A DNA stretch of 64,000 nt, taken from contig OZ024740.1 in the NCBI GenBank assembly GCA_964016885.1, positions 278,070,001 to 278,134,000 of the forward strand. Reading direction: 5' to 3'. This document shows, piece by piece, positions 30,415-43,664 of the stretch. A model generated the notes under the pieces. That model was not told where the DNA came from and ran no database searches. It saw only the letters and a list, made by a program, of their open reading frames with translations. Numbering within the stretch: position 1 is the first letter of the stretch; every line of letters begins with the position of its first letter. This stretch comes from Eledone cirrhosa. Lineage: Eukaryota. The position numbers and the translations under genes are program-made.

Positions 30415-31186
30415 ATGTATATATTATATATATATATATTTGGATAAATGTGTCTGTATGTGTGTTTGTGTGTACTTGTGTATTCACTTATATTTATATA
30501 CGTATATGTATGCACTGTGTATGTATATATAGATATATGTTTGTGTGTGTATATATATATATATATATATGTGTGTATATATATATATATGTATGCGTAT
30601 GTATGTACACATATATATGTATATGTGTATGTGTGTATGTATGTATGTATTTGTATGTTTGGATGTGTATATGTACCATTATGTATGTTTGTTGTCATTA
30701 TGTATGTTTGAGCCTGCCTGCTTGTGCGTGTAAGTGTGTGTACATGTGTAAGTGGGCGCGTGTGTGAATGTGTTTGTCGACACCTGGAATATATATTAAG
30801 AGAAACCTTACTATAGGGGGTTCACCCCAACACTTAAATCTATTGCAGGAACCTTTTCTTCTTTTGTTACCCTCAATTTAGCCCTAAAGAATTAGCTTCT
30901 AAAGAATTTCCCTTTTCTTTAAACCATTGAACCCCACCCATCCTGTAAACACCTGTCTTACAGGCATTGTTACTTTAAGTGATAAACAAGGATCGGTATT
31001 CCAATTTTGAACTTGTTTACAGTATTCTTTCTGCCGCTGTTAATATTATAGCTTTAAATTATTAGCCTTTAATGATTCCCCTTTCTTTAAATCTTTCAAC
31101 CAATGACCTACACCCATCCCAATCCCCACCCTCTCCTACCACCAGATCAGGAAAGACATAAATACTACCATTTACTTGGACAGCCA

Positions 31187-31235
31187 GCTTCCTGATGATT
31201 TCTCACGAATTAAACAGTTCTAGTCCTGTAGAAGC
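31187..31235 (+). ncRNA. Hammerhead motif with mutated GAAA
   Basis: gcttc-CTGATGA-tttctcacgaat-TAAAC-agttctagtcct-GTA-gaagc; same family as 37265-37368. Confidence 0.6.
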
Positions 31236-31319
31236 ACTTCTATATTAAAACATTTATACTCTGCTATGTATTGAGTACCTTACTTACTGTGGTCACCTCC
31301 GAATCAACCCGCAATAACT

Positions 31320-31365
<46 letters not shown>

Positions 31366-31368
31366 AAT

Positions 31369-31401
<33 letters not shown>

Positions 31402-31403
31402 AG

Positions 31404-31467
<64 letters not shown>

Positions 31468-31690
31468 GGGATAACAAGTTATCGTTATAGGTAATCCAGT
31501 TAGAGGTTGTGAGTACTCTGTATTGTGGATTGTGGATCGTTTTAACGTACAGCTTTGTTTGACTCAAGAAGATGTTTCCCTATTTAGGTGGCAAGTTCGC
31601 GAGAATTCCTATGCAGGTTATACTTGGAGTAATAATAGTGAAAGATTGAAGAATAACATGGTCGGCTGTTCAAAAATGGGCTTTATTTCA

Positions 31691-31803
31691 AGTATTAACA
31701 ACTGTTTCACTGATTACGTGAGTCTGAAGGCCGTTAATCACTCGAAGTTGCGTCACTCGACCTTCAATTCAGTATTTACCTCTGATCAAATCCTCAGAAT
31801 ACT
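31691..31803 (-). ncRNA. Hammerhead motif in inverted terminal repeat
   Basis: Inverted homolog of 35467-35579. Confidence 0.7.
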
Positions 31804-32112
31804 AGAGAACTCACATATGGCAATGGTATGTATATATATATATAGAGAGAGAGAGATACAGCGTAGCATCAAAACAATTACATCAATAATAAAATATAAT
31901 GATAAAGAAGTTACAAATGTAAAAATTAAAAAAAGTAAAAAAATAAAGAAATAAAAAATAAGTAAAGTAAATAAGTACAGAATACGATAGTTGATAATAG
32001 TGGTGGTGGTGAGGAAGTGTCTGTATAAGGATGTGGGGGTGGTGGTAGTACTAACATGAAAAAGCAATATTCGATACATACATACGTGTAGAGAATAAGA
32101 GGTAGTAACAAA

Positions 32113-33443
32113 TCTATATATATAAAACTGAGGTTGTCTGTCTATCTGTCTGTCCACTAAAACAGTGGGTACACATCTCCTCCTAAACCGTACGTTCAAA
32201 TTTCGGTGAAATTGCTACACTTATAGATGAAAGTCCGGCGGAGACATCGGTCAAAAAAAGTTTCAAATCGACACACGCCAAATGCAAAAATCGAATTTGT
32301 AATGTATTGACTTTTAAGTTCAAATGTATAAATAGAAATGAGAGACGAGTTATTTCCCTTTTATGGCGTCATTTGTTTATCTATTTACGTTACGAATAAA
32401 CGTGCAAAGGTACAAAATACGCGAACAGTTTTCGGGCCAGCAAAATTTTAACCTTCAAAATTCATGATTTCGAAGTTTCAACATTAAGCTTCCATTTTGC
32501 GTCATTTCCATTAAAAAGTATTTTAAAACAATATTTCAGCGCATCAGCCTCGCCATCACCCGAGGCAACGCTGCGAGTGTGCTGGCTTGCCTCAAAAATC
32601 ATTAGAGAGGTTGCCCAGTACTCGCGACGTTGCCGTCTTTTGCTCTGGTGTTGGCTCCGTTGTTCACCCCTTCCTTTACATTTTCTTTAATATTGTAGCA
32701 GTGAAGGAATATATATTTCACTGTATCATCCTTTGTAGGGTTACCGAGGCATTTGTAATGTTATTTATGTATATATTTAAAACATATTTGTTATGTTATT
32801 CTACTGTAAATTTATTTATATGCTCTGTTTATATTTTCATTCTCACTACCCTCAAAAATCTATGAAACTACATACATGTTGCAACTCTCTCTATATATAT
32901 ATATCACACACACACATATACATATACATGCAAAGAGAGAAAGGGAGATGTAGAGAGAGAGTGAGATAGGTTGTTATACAGAGAGAGGTACAAGATAATC
33001 AGATAGAGAGACAGAGAGAGAGGGGGAGATCTGCGTATTGTTCTCCATTCTGTAGAGGAAGACAGAGAGAGGGGGTATGAGTGAGAGAGAGAGAAAGAGA
33101 GAGAGAGGGTATGAGAAAAAAGGGAGAGGGGTTGAGAAAGAAAGAAAGTTTAAGCAAAGAATCGCTGCTTTCAACATTAACGGGATCTTGTTAAACTAAT
33201 AAATTCAATCTGTGAACGCAGAATTAAATATTTCGAGAAACGTTACAGCCGAAGGAAAACAGGAAGATATTTTGGTTCGTTAAGACGTTCCCTGGTAATG
33301 AACGGGAAAAAAGCGAGGATAATATGTGGAAAAAGCCAATGATTTTGTAAAAGTTTAGTTTTCAAAGCAGCACTGAAGTATTGACATAAATGGTATACCT
33401 AACTGCTATTAAATAACCGAGCAACGCCGGGTACCTCTGCTAG
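32113..33443 (+). mobile_element. Non-autonomous Helitron
   Basis: 5' TCTATATATATAAAA, subterminal hairpin accgagcaacgccgggt, 3' CTAG; inserted between A and T with no TSD. Confidence 0.8.
32534..32605 (+). pseudogene. CRE-clade retrotransposon C-terminal remnant inside the Helitron
   Basis: Translates FQRISLAITRGNAASVLACLKNH*, the conserved QRxSxxxxRGNA terminus. Confidence 0.7.
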
Positions 33444-35466
33444 TGACAGATAAAAGAAAAAACAATAAATTAAAAATTAAGTGTGAGATACGTTCATGAG
33501 ACATAAGGGCTAAGGATGGATAGGGAAGGGGGGTTTTGATATGTGAGTGTGGTAAATATTTGGCCAGCTGATTGTCTTATCTTAATGGGGTCTATGTGGC
33601 TCAGGGAGAGAGAGTGAAAGAAAAGTTAGGAGATTTATGATCTAGTGACCAGTCGGTCAGTTGACAGCTAATAAGTACGTTAAAATTCGGGTGGTTCAGT
33701 TCGAATAAAGGGATTGCTGAGTCGAATCATGGTGGTTTGAAATTTGTGAACTTGGTAGCTGCTTTAACCTAAAGGGTCACAAAAAATAATTTCGAAACAG
33801 ACCCCACAATTAGATTAATATGCCCGTCGAAGTCGGATATAGGTAGAATTAGCAAAGCACAAATCAAGGACAAACTAGTAATTAAGCTATGGGGTAACAC
33901 TAACGAAGCAATAGACTGGTTCAGCAAAACAGACAGTAGGGAAACAATCAACTTCGTACAGTTTGACATTAATGACTACTCCAACATCCCCAGCCACCCT
34001 AGATAAAGCGTTAGCCTTTACAGAAAACTTGGACCTAACCTCTGATTAAATTATAATAATACTAGCTGCTAGTAGAACTATCATTAGATTCGAAAATAGT
34101 TACTGGGAAGGAAAAAACAGACAGAATAGCTTCGATATCACAATGGGATCTAGTGACTCAGCTCAATTAACAGACATAGTTGGAATATATATATATATAT
34201 ATATAGCGCATAAGTTACATAAGGAATTTAATAACCTCCAAGGAGGAATTTATAGAGACGACACACTTCTTTTAGCTAAGAACTTAAATAATCAAAACAT
34301 GGAAAAATTACGGAAAAACATCAGAGTCGTCTTCAACAAACTAGGTCTAGGTATCACTTTCGAACTTAACTCTAAAAAAGCAAACTTCTTAGATGTAACA
34401 CTCAACCTAAACACAGGATTAATAGAGCCCTTCCATAAAAATAACGAGAATCTAGCCCACATTAGTTATAACTCAAACCACTCTCGATTCATAATTAACT
34501 CCATAGCACATAGTATATCCCTCAGAATATCCCGCCTATCTTCTAAACTAGAGATTTTTAACGAACACGCAAACTATTATAACATGGCTTTACATAAGGC
34601 AGGACATAAGGAGGGGCTCAAAAACATACTAGATAGAGACAGCAACGACAAACCTAATGACAGCTACACTACCCACACCTATTGAAATAACAAACATAGG
34701 ACAAAACATAGAATTAGACAATAAGCACCAGAAATAACTAAGCCGAATACTAACATAAGGACCCCTAGGAACTATAGAAAATCCAGAGATAGGAAATACC
34801 TTATGGTTTAATCCAATATTCAATTCCTCCATAAAAACCAAACTACCTTCTACATTCTTTAAGCTAATTGACAAACACTTACCTAAACTACACAAATGCC
34901 ATAAAATCATAAACAGAAAACTATCAAACTATCTTACTCTCTACTGTAGCCAATATAGAATCACACATACATAAAATCAACTACAAAAGAATCTCTAAAG
35001 AAAATAACCTACCACCATACTCCATAGCACTAAATACAAAACACAAACACATAACAACATCACAACCACACACACATCAGGGCGCATCACGACAAAACAT
35101 TAATAGGCCTAAATCTCAACCCACCCAGAACAACATGCATAAACCGCAACGGAGAACCTGCACACAGGAAGGCCTCCAACTGTAACTGCCACCTACCGGA
35201 TAAGTATATATCGAATATTGCTTTTCATGTTAGTACTACCTCCACCCCCACATCTTTATACAGACACTTCCTCACCACCACCACTATTAACAACTATCGT
35301 ATTCTGTACTTATATACATTTACTTATTTTTTATTTCTTTATTTTTTTACTTTTATTACTTTTTACATCTGTAACTTCTTTATCATTATATCATTTTATT
35401 ATTGATGTTATTGTTTTGATTCTATGGTGTCTCTCTATATATACCATTGCCATATGTGAGTTCTCT

Positions 35467-35579
35467 AGTATTCTGAGGATTTGATCAGAGGCAAATGCTG
35501 TATCGAAAGTTGAGTGACACAACTTCGAGTGATTAGCGACCTTTAGACTCACCTGATCAATGAAACAGTTGTCAATACT
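35467..35579 (+). ncRNA. Type I hammerhead motif with extended stem II
   Basis: agtatt-CTGAGGA-t[ttgatcag...ctgatcaa]t-GAAAC-agtt-GTC-aatact. Confidence 0.8.
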
Positions 35580-35630
35580 TGAAATAAAGCCCCTTGTTGT
35601 ACTGCGGACTATGTTATTCTTCAATCTTTC

Positions 35631-35674
<44 letters not shown>

Positions 35675-35709
35675 ACAGAACAATCAAATCCATGTTTAAT
35701 ACATTTTAT

Positions 35710-35756
35710 TGCTGACAATCGTTTCTTCCAAACAGTTGTTTGAAATCATCGGAGCA
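35710..35756 (-). ncRNA. Hammerhead motif, U4C variant
   Basis: Minus strand: tgct-CCGATGA-tttcaaacaactgtttggaa-GAAAC-gatt-GTC-agca. Confidence 0.7.
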
Positions 35757-35987
35757 TTGGCAAAGTTTAAACACATAAATAAATTCCTATACTACAGAAC
35801 ATTCATAAAGATACGTTGATACTATTGTTGCTATCAAAAGTGTCATATTCAAAGTGAGTGAAGATGCTGTGGTCTGCAACAAAGGGTATAATAAAGAGTA
35901 TAAAAAAAGGTTACTCGCAAAGGAGAACATTAGTGGTACATAAGCATATATGCAGTAAGAATGCAGGGGTATTAAGCATATACAGAA

Positions 35988-36175
35988 TAATTGTTTCTAC
36001 TTTTGGCTCAAGGCCAGCAATTATCACATGCATTACTGGTACTTTATTTTATCGACCCCGTAAGGATGAAAGGCAAAGTTAACCTCGACGGAATTTGATC
36101 TCAGTCCGTAAAGGGACGTAACTATGCTGCAAAGCATAGCGTCCGACCCTCTACCGATACTGCTAATCGACCACC
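35988..36175 (-). mobile_element. SINE family A
   Basis: Full-length match. Confidence 0.85.
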
Positions 36176-36436
36176 CAGAATAATATGGCAAAGAATGCAG
36201 AGGTATTAAGCATATACAGCATAATATAGAAAAGATATCACGAAATATAGGTGTAATATTAAGCAGTCAGGAATTAATGGGTAGGATATAATGTGATACA
36301 TCTGATGTATTTACATTGAGCTATTTTTTCATACTGGTAATAAGGTGGTATAAAATATAAAATACTGACCTTTCCTGTTTATAATTATATATAGTTTATA
36401 TATAAGTATAAATAATATTATTATATATATATATGT

Positions 36437-37170
36437 AATATGTATAAATATTTCGTATCTCCAAAGAAATACAGTTTTAGGAAGCCGTAGCTATGCAAAC
36501 ACCGGGGGGCTAACGCCCCCTGGTGATGTCCAGCAGAAGCAAGGGGGACAACCTTCTATGCATTTCAGGCTTAACTGGCCTTCGTCAGGACGGTCCCTCC
36601 CACCGCTTGCCACTGCTGGACTAGAAGACAGCTGAGAATATATACTTTTCTCGTCTGTGTAAATGAGGTGATTAATCTCATTTGCATATGAAGCTGCATA
36701 AGTTGGTTCAACTTATAATAAAAAAAGAGGGCGTTAGCCCCCCCAGTGTTTGCATAGCTACGGCTTAATAAAGCTGTATTTCTTTGGAGATACGAAATAT
36801 TTATACATATTGTATAAAGCTATGCTTGAAGCGAAATCCTATTTCTTTTTTATTATAAGTTGAGCCAACTTATGCAGCTTCATATGCAAATGTGATTAAT
36901 CTCCTCATTTACACAGACGAGAAAAGTATATTTTCTCAGCTGTCTTCCAGTCCAGCAGTCGCAAGCGGTAGGAGGGACCGTCCTGACGAAGACCAGTTAA
37001 GCCTGAAATGCATAGACGTTTGTCCCCCTGGCTTATGCTGTACATCACCAGAGGGCGTTAGCCCCCCGGTGTTTGCATAGCTACGGCTTCCTAAAACTGT
37101 ATTTCTTTGGAGATACGAAATATTTATAGATATTGTATAAAGCTATGCTTGAAGCGAAATCCTATTTCTT
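36437..37170 (+). mobile_element. Non-coding retrozyme-like element: ~322 bp monomer in partial tandem plus an inverted copy; HHRs at 36551-36594 (-) and 36977-37020 (+)
   Basis: 36727-36846 repeats at 37049-37170; 36437-36726 is the reverse complement of 36845-37133; cgtc-CTGACGA-ag(g/a)c-cagttaa-gcct-GAAA-tgca-TA-gacg. Confidence 0.75.
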
Positions 37171-37264
37171 ATATATATACGTTATTCAGGGGTTGAATCG
37201 GAGGTAACCACAGTAAGTAAGGTATTCAATACATAGAAGAGTATAAAAGTGTTAATATATATAT

Positions 37265-37368
37265 GAGATTCTACAGGACTAGAACTATTTCATTCTTTAG
37301 AAATCATCAGGAATCTCAGATTCCTGATGATTTCTAAAGAATGAAACAGTTCTAGTCCTATAGAATCT
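37265..37368. ncRNA. Two back-to-back hammerhead motifs forming a palindrome
   Basis: gattc-CTGATGA-tttctaaagaat-GAAA(c/t)-agttctagtcct-(G/A)TA-gaatc on both strands around ~37317. Confidence 0.7.
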
Positions 37369-37401
37369 CATCTATATTAAAACTTTTATATATATATATA
37401 T

Positions 37402-37585
37402 AATTGTTTCTACTTTAGGCACAAGGCCAGCAATTACCCAGTGCATTACTGGTACTTTATTTTATCGACCCCGTAAGGATGAAAAGCAAAGTCAACCTCG
37501 GCGGGATTTGAACTCAGATCGTAAAGTGACGTAACTATGCTGGAAAGCATGGCCTCCGACCCTCTACCGATACTGCCAATCCACG

Positions 37586-37588
<3 letters not shown>
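37402..37588 (-). mobile_element. SINE family A
   Basis: Full-length match. Confidence 0.85.
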
Positions 37589-37674
<86 letters not shown>

Positions 37675-37875
37675 GTGAGTGTGTGTGTGTATGAGTGTGT
37701 ATGTATGTATATATATATATATATATTAGGTATAGGATTATCCAAGATGTAATAATGGTTAATTACTACACTGGATATGGTTGACGTACGGTAAGAGGTT
37801 ACTCTACGAGTTATGGAAGAATTGTTGAAGAAACTTAGTTCCTGATCCTTCAGTATTCCGGAGTGTATATAAAGA

Positions 37876-39207
37876 ATGAATAATAACTTCATACGCAACG
37901 AACTACACAAAAAATATAGAAAAACAAATGAAACTACGCTAGCAAATATTAACAACGAGGCATATAAAGTGGTGAAGAATCTCAAAATAGACGATAGAAC
38001 CGAGCCGATTATACCCGCTACCCCCACCTTCAACCTGAAGGACCATAAGGTAAATTTTGACTCTAACCCTAAGATCAGACTTATATGCCCTTCTAAATCA
38101 GACATAGGGAAAATTAGCAAACATATACTTGACAGAGTAATAACTCAAGTGAAAAAGAAAATTGAAATTAAATTATGGGGCAACACTAGCGAAGCAATTC
38201 GCTGGTTTAATAATGTTAAGAATAAGAATAAATCTAAGTTTATACAATTTGACATAGACGAATACTACTCTTCCATCTCACCAAGCACTTTACGTAAGGC
38301 CCTATCGTTTGCTAAGGCCAATTCCGACCTAACGGAGGACGAAATTAATATTATTCTCGAGGCTAGAAAAACCATTATTAAGTTCGATAACTGCTACTGG
38401 GAACGTAAGGACAGACCCACAAATTTCGATATTACCATGGGTTCCAACGACTCGGCGGAGGTCACGGATCTCGTGGGAATTTACATAGCCCACATATTAC
38501 ATAGTAAATTTAGTAATCTACAGGGGGGGATATACAGAGATGACGGGCTCTTATTAGTTAATAACTTGAATAACCAAAATCTTGAAAGGCTACGGAAAAA
38601 TATTAGAAAATCTTTTAGTGAACTGGGTTTAAAAATAACATACGAATACAATCTTAAAGTAGTAAAGTTTCTGGACGTAACTCTTAATTTAAATACCGGA
38701 CAGATACGACCCTTCCACAAGGTAAATGAGAACCTTACGTTTATTAACTTTAACTCTAACCACCCACTCTCCATGATCAAATCAGTTCCCCGGAGTATTT
38801 CTCTTAGAATCTCTCGCCTATCGTCTAACCCTGATATTTTTAATGAACACGCTGAATACTACAATAATGCATTAAGGAATGCTGACCACCGGGATACAAT
38901 AGAATACATTGATAGGAATTTCCATAACACACATAGCTCTACACAAAATCAAGGAATGCGTAACCGGGGGACTAAAATACAAGCACACACACACAGTACT
39001 ACCAGACATACTAATAATAGAAGATCACCACCAAATAAATCACGTTGTAGAAAGTATATATGGTACAATCCTATTTTTAATGCCTCGATTAGTACAAAAC
39101 TATCTCTTTCATTCTTTAAGTTAATCAACAAACACTTCCCTAGTTCCCATAAATACAGCAAAATTCTGAAATCTAAAACTATTATACTCCACGGCACCAA
39201 ACCTTGA
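37876..39207 (+). pseudogene. PLE reverse transcriptase, 443 aa open segment (N-terminally truncated, broken before EN)
   Basis: KDHK...RLICPSKS, FDIDEYYSSI (motif A), TMGSNDSAEVTDLVG (B'), YRDDGL (C), FLDVTL, SNHP. Confidence 0.9.
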
Positions 39208-40317
39208 AGCATACATAAAAAACTTGACTTAAGGCAATTAAACAACTCTACAAAACAAAACATTTTAGTAACAGATGGGCAGAACGCAATATCTGCCCCC
39301 CAACCACTAAATGGGAGACGGGTATTACACAACCCACCTGTACCGCTATCACAACCTATCCATGGTATACCCGCTACCCACAACAAAGAATGTAACTGCC
39401 ATCTACCTGAAAGATGTCCATTGAAGAATGAATGCCTAAAGTCCAACATTGTTTACCAATGCACGGTTGAATCGAACGACCAGAAATGGTATTATATCGT
39501 ATCTACCACCACATCGTTCAATCTCGCTGGTACCGTCATCGATTCTCAATCAAACATCCGAATCACCGTTTTGTGACCACGCTCGCAAACAAGACCTGGC
39601 AACTCCGTGAACACAACCAACAGTTCACCTTAAAATGGGATATACTTTCCAGCGCAAGTGCATATCGGAGTGGATTAAGTACTGCAGGTTATGTAACCTT
39701 GAGCTCTTTTACATATTAAAATCCAAAAACAAACTACTTAACGATAGAATTGAACGATCATTATACTGCAACCACAAACTAAAAGCTAAATTCTCTCACT
39801 ATAAAATAACTTAACATTCGAACCCGTAACTATAACACCGCTTTGTAGCTAACAACCTTCTCCCCCCCCCCCCCCCCCGCACACTACAAGACAATACACT
39901 GCTTATCACTATACATGGTAACTCAGTGCAATTCCTAGATTACTACTACAAACCCAAAGTTCACTCACCACACAAACTTCGTCTGTCCCCTCTCTACCTA
40001 TCTCTCTCTACATCCATTACACTCTCTCTCTCTCGCCTTTGGCCTACCTCCCTCTCAACATCTATGAACCTGCCCTCTGGGGCAATAAATAATTCCGACC
40101 TTAACTATCAACGCATCTCTCCAAAAGTAACCAGTATAATAAAACCCCTACCATAACATTTTGATTAAGATATCTACAAGCCACTCTCTCCTACTTCTCC
40201 AACCCCTGCATATCTTTTTTTCTCTCCTCCTCTTCCCTACTTTTCTCTCTTCCTTTTCTACTCTATCTTCCCCAACAGCCCCAATTAAGGGTATTTACAT
40301 TGTACATGTTACCATTC

Positions 40318-40429
40318 TGCTCTGAGGAAACAGTGGTCACAGCATTGGATATTTGAGTTCTGCAAGTACTTGTGAATTTGCACGTAGCATAACTAGGCTG
40401 CAGTACCACCGTGGAAACACTTGTAAGCA
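40318..40429 (+). ncRNA. Type I hammerhead motif with extended stem II
   Basis: tgct-CTGAGGA-a[acagtggt...accaccgt]g-GAAAC-actt-GTA-agca. Confidence 0.75.
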
Positions 40430-40483
40430 CACGGAATAAATTACCTTTTTATGATGTCTACCTGTTATTATTCATTCTTTATA

Positions 40484-40585
<102 letters not shown>

Positions 40586-40646
40586 AATATATATATATAT
40601 GTATATATAGAAGGATTTTAATGGATACAGTTTAGTTAAAAGGAAT

Positions 40647-40767
40647 TTATTGACACGTGTTTCTATAACAGTTAGATAACCTGAAAACTGCTACTATCTA
40701 CAAAGTATTAGTTATGCAGACATTCAATATTTCAATGTTATTATCAACTGTCATTTCATCGGAATAA
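40647..40767 (-). ncRNA. Hammerhead motif, U4C variant, long stem II
   Basis: Inverted homolog of 41927-42047. Confidence 0.75.
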
Positions 40768-41926
40768 TTTTACTGGGGACCTGTTTGGTTTTTATAGAGA
40801 ATATTAGGGAGGAGGGGTGAAGTTGTTAGAAGATTATTTGAGGGAGTGGTTTTTTGATAGCAGTGAGAATTTTTGGTGGCAGTGAGTAATTAGATTCCCA
40901 TCTGTTGTTTTGACATTTTTATAGAATATATTATTGGTTATTTTTCTAAATCTATAGAAGGATTAGAGATAGTATAGATATGCGTGGTTGGTTTTGTGTT
41001 TGCACTTAATTAACATTCAGACTTAAATTTTTCTTTCAAGTTTACGTATCCTTTCGCCCACGCATTCACACACAAACATATATGCACACCTCTACAAAAT
41101 ACATATACTCACATACACATACTTACATGCTCATACTTACATACATATACACATGCATACATATATATATACACATATATATACATGTACATACATACGC
41201 GTTCATGTGTATACATTTTCATACTCAACTTATCTTTATATACACACGTATACACACACACATATATACACACATACTCCAGTCTATGTGTATATATATA
41301 TATACATATATAAACACTTTAATACATGAATGCACTTACATCTAACTATACACATCAAACATATATATATTTACTTATTTATATACATTTTTCCCATATA
41401 TATACATACTTATGGTCGCTTTTAGACACATTCATTATAGCATATTTGCACCTATTCTCATCAGCATATCTTTCCATTATTAGTGTGGTAATTTAAGGTT
41501 ATTAATATACATATATATGTTGAGAAGAGATTATTTTTATATTTTTCTAACTAGATTGAGGTTTATATAGTTGGGGGGATGTCCCTCTTTTATGTAATAT
41601 TCAGCTTGTAGTGGGAAAAAAGGGTTTTAGTTCGGTGACGGCAGAATAATGTTCGTTCAATTCAATTATTCAGCAATTTCCTCTTGTGTGTGATTATGTA
41701 ATAGATCTCAAGATTACACAATTTGCAGAAATTTTGGCTCCTGAAAAAGCTTTGGGTTTTAGCTAATTTCTCCCATTTTAGGGTAAACTTTTGATCGCTA
41801 TCCCTGAGCGTCCAAGCTTTTTCTGCTAAAGTTGTTACATTTCTTTGGCTCTGGTGTTTTATTGAGTAAGAATGCCTATATAATCGAGATTATTCTCTAT
41901 AAAAACCAAACAGGTCCTCAGTAAAA

Positions 41927-42047
41927 TTATTCCGATGAAATGACAGTTGATAATAACATTGAAATATCGAATGTCTGCATAACTAATACTTTGTAGATAG
42001 CAGCTGTTTTCAGGTTATGTAACTGTTATAGAAACACGTGTCAATAA
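41927..42047 (+). ncRNA. Hammerhead motif, U4C variant, long stem II
   Basis: ttatt-CCGATGA-a[atgacagttg...taactgttat]a-GAAAC-acgt-GTC-aataa; palindromic stem III ACACGTGT. Confidence 0.75.
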
Positions 42048-42205
42048 ATTCCTTTTAACTAAACTGTATCCATTAAGATCCTTCTATTTTTCTCCGGATT
42101 ACTTTTGGAACTACAACTGGAACCGTCGAGCAAACTCTACGTGAGCTGTCCATCTACTGTGTGTAATATTTATATTACAACACTACGGAAAATACTGTAT
42201 ATATG

Positions 42206-42239
<34 letters not shown>

Positions 42240-42522
42240 AAAAGAGAGAGGGGGAAAGCGAGAGATTTGCTTTTATTATGAAAAGCTATCGCAGTTTACA
42301 TGATAACTATAAAATAGTCTAAATATTCAAATAAATTACACTCGGAGTGTGGAAAATTGTGGTCTGAGACCTCTGATGAAACCGTACAACGCATCTGGCC
42401 TGATGGTTGTAATAACTGTTACAGCAAACTACATTAATAACTTTTCACCGTGTAAATAGAGATCTGTTGACTAGAAATGTAAATAAATCCACCCGCTCTC
42501 TCCCTCTCTCTCTCTCTCGCTC

Positions 42523-42621
<99 letters not shown>

Positions 42622-43141
42622 CTCTCAATATATATATATATAATAAAAGAGTCAGGACCCTGACGGCTGAGCTCCGGCTGTTTCGTTCGCTAGATACGAA
42701 CTGCTCCGGCTGTTTCGGCAGCTGGATCCGAACTATAGTTCAGCCGTCGGGCTCCTGACTCTTTTTATATTACCCACTTTACTACACTAAGTATTGAGTA
42801 CTCTGGTGCGCTATGGTATACCTGGTATCTTACCACACCCTCTTTGTTCTTTGTCATATATATATATATTTCTCTCTCTCTCTTTCTCACCCTCTCCCTC
42901 TCTCTCTCTCATCCTCTTTCTCCCCCCCTCTCTCTCTCTCTCTCTCTCTTTCTCTCTTACTATACATATATCCATATAGTCGTTAACGACTGTGAGAAAA
43001 AAGTGTACTCAATACTGAAGTAGAGCTTTAATATTTATTTTATTAAGGCTACATAGCTACTCTGGTGTTTTACATGTTTATCACAGTGATAAACAGGTGA
43101 ATCTCCAGAGTAACAAGACTCACTATTTAGCCTTAATAAAA

Positions 43142-43210
<69 letters not shown>

Positions 43211-43415
43211 TTAATTATACTATTTATGGTTATGTAAATACAAAAACCTATTGCAGTTATATATATTTTTTTATACAAACCCTAAATAGTGGTAGGCAGT
43301 AATGTATTACTACCTTATTACCAGTAAGTTAAGTAGCTCAATGTAAAAACATCAGATGATTTACAGAGCAGTTATATGAAATATAAGAATCAAAGAACTG
43401 TTCAAAACATTTTTG

Positions 43416-43462
43416 TGCTTACAACTGTTTCCTCCAAACCGAGGTTTGGATTCTTCGGAGCA
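43416..43462 (-). ncRNA. Hammerhead motif, U4C variant
   Basis: Minus strand: tgct-CCGAAGA-a[tccaaacc-tc-ggtttgga]g-GAAAC-agtt-GTA-agca. Confidence 0.75.
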
Positions 43463-43627
43463 ATTTATTAATGAATGGACAGTTATATAACCTCCTTTTC
43501 ACCCAAGAGACATACAGATACATATGCAAATATTGTGGGTCAACATTCATTACAGCATTTAGAGTGGCAGTACACACTTAGAGATTACATTCATTTTAAA
43601 AGGTACAATCAAAAATCAATATATTTC

Positions 43628-43661
<34 letters not shown>

Positions 43662-43664
43662 TGG

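Larger units (their letters stand above)
31640..35632 (+). mobile_element. Decayed Penelope-like element with inverted terminal repeats; EN domain deleted
   Basis: RT remnant 33770-35200 (IRLICPSKSDIG, MGSSDSAQLTDIVG, IYRDDTL, FLDVTL); 31640-32075 is the reverse complement of 35210-35632. Confidence 0.9.
37730..40480 (+). mobile_element. Penelope-like element, 5'-truncated, with inverted tail at 37730-37887
   Basis: RT ORF, frameshifted GIY-YIG region 39390-39810 (CNCHLPERCPLKNECLKSNIVYQCTVE...WYYIVST), 3' UTR with HHR, ends at (TA)n. Confidence 0.92.
40608..42200 (-). mobile_element. 5'-truncated PLE (EN C-terminus plus 3' UTR) with inverted terminal repeat
   Basis: Minus 41890-41560 encodes SRLYRHSYSIKH...TTLAEKAWTLRD...FTLKW...LLNN..CRH, homologous to 39520-39810; 40608-40800 is inverted at 41893-42087. 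Confidence 0.85.

Noticed and set aside
42365-42430. CTGATGA followed by a hairpin
   Set aside because: No GAAA or cleavage triplet downstream
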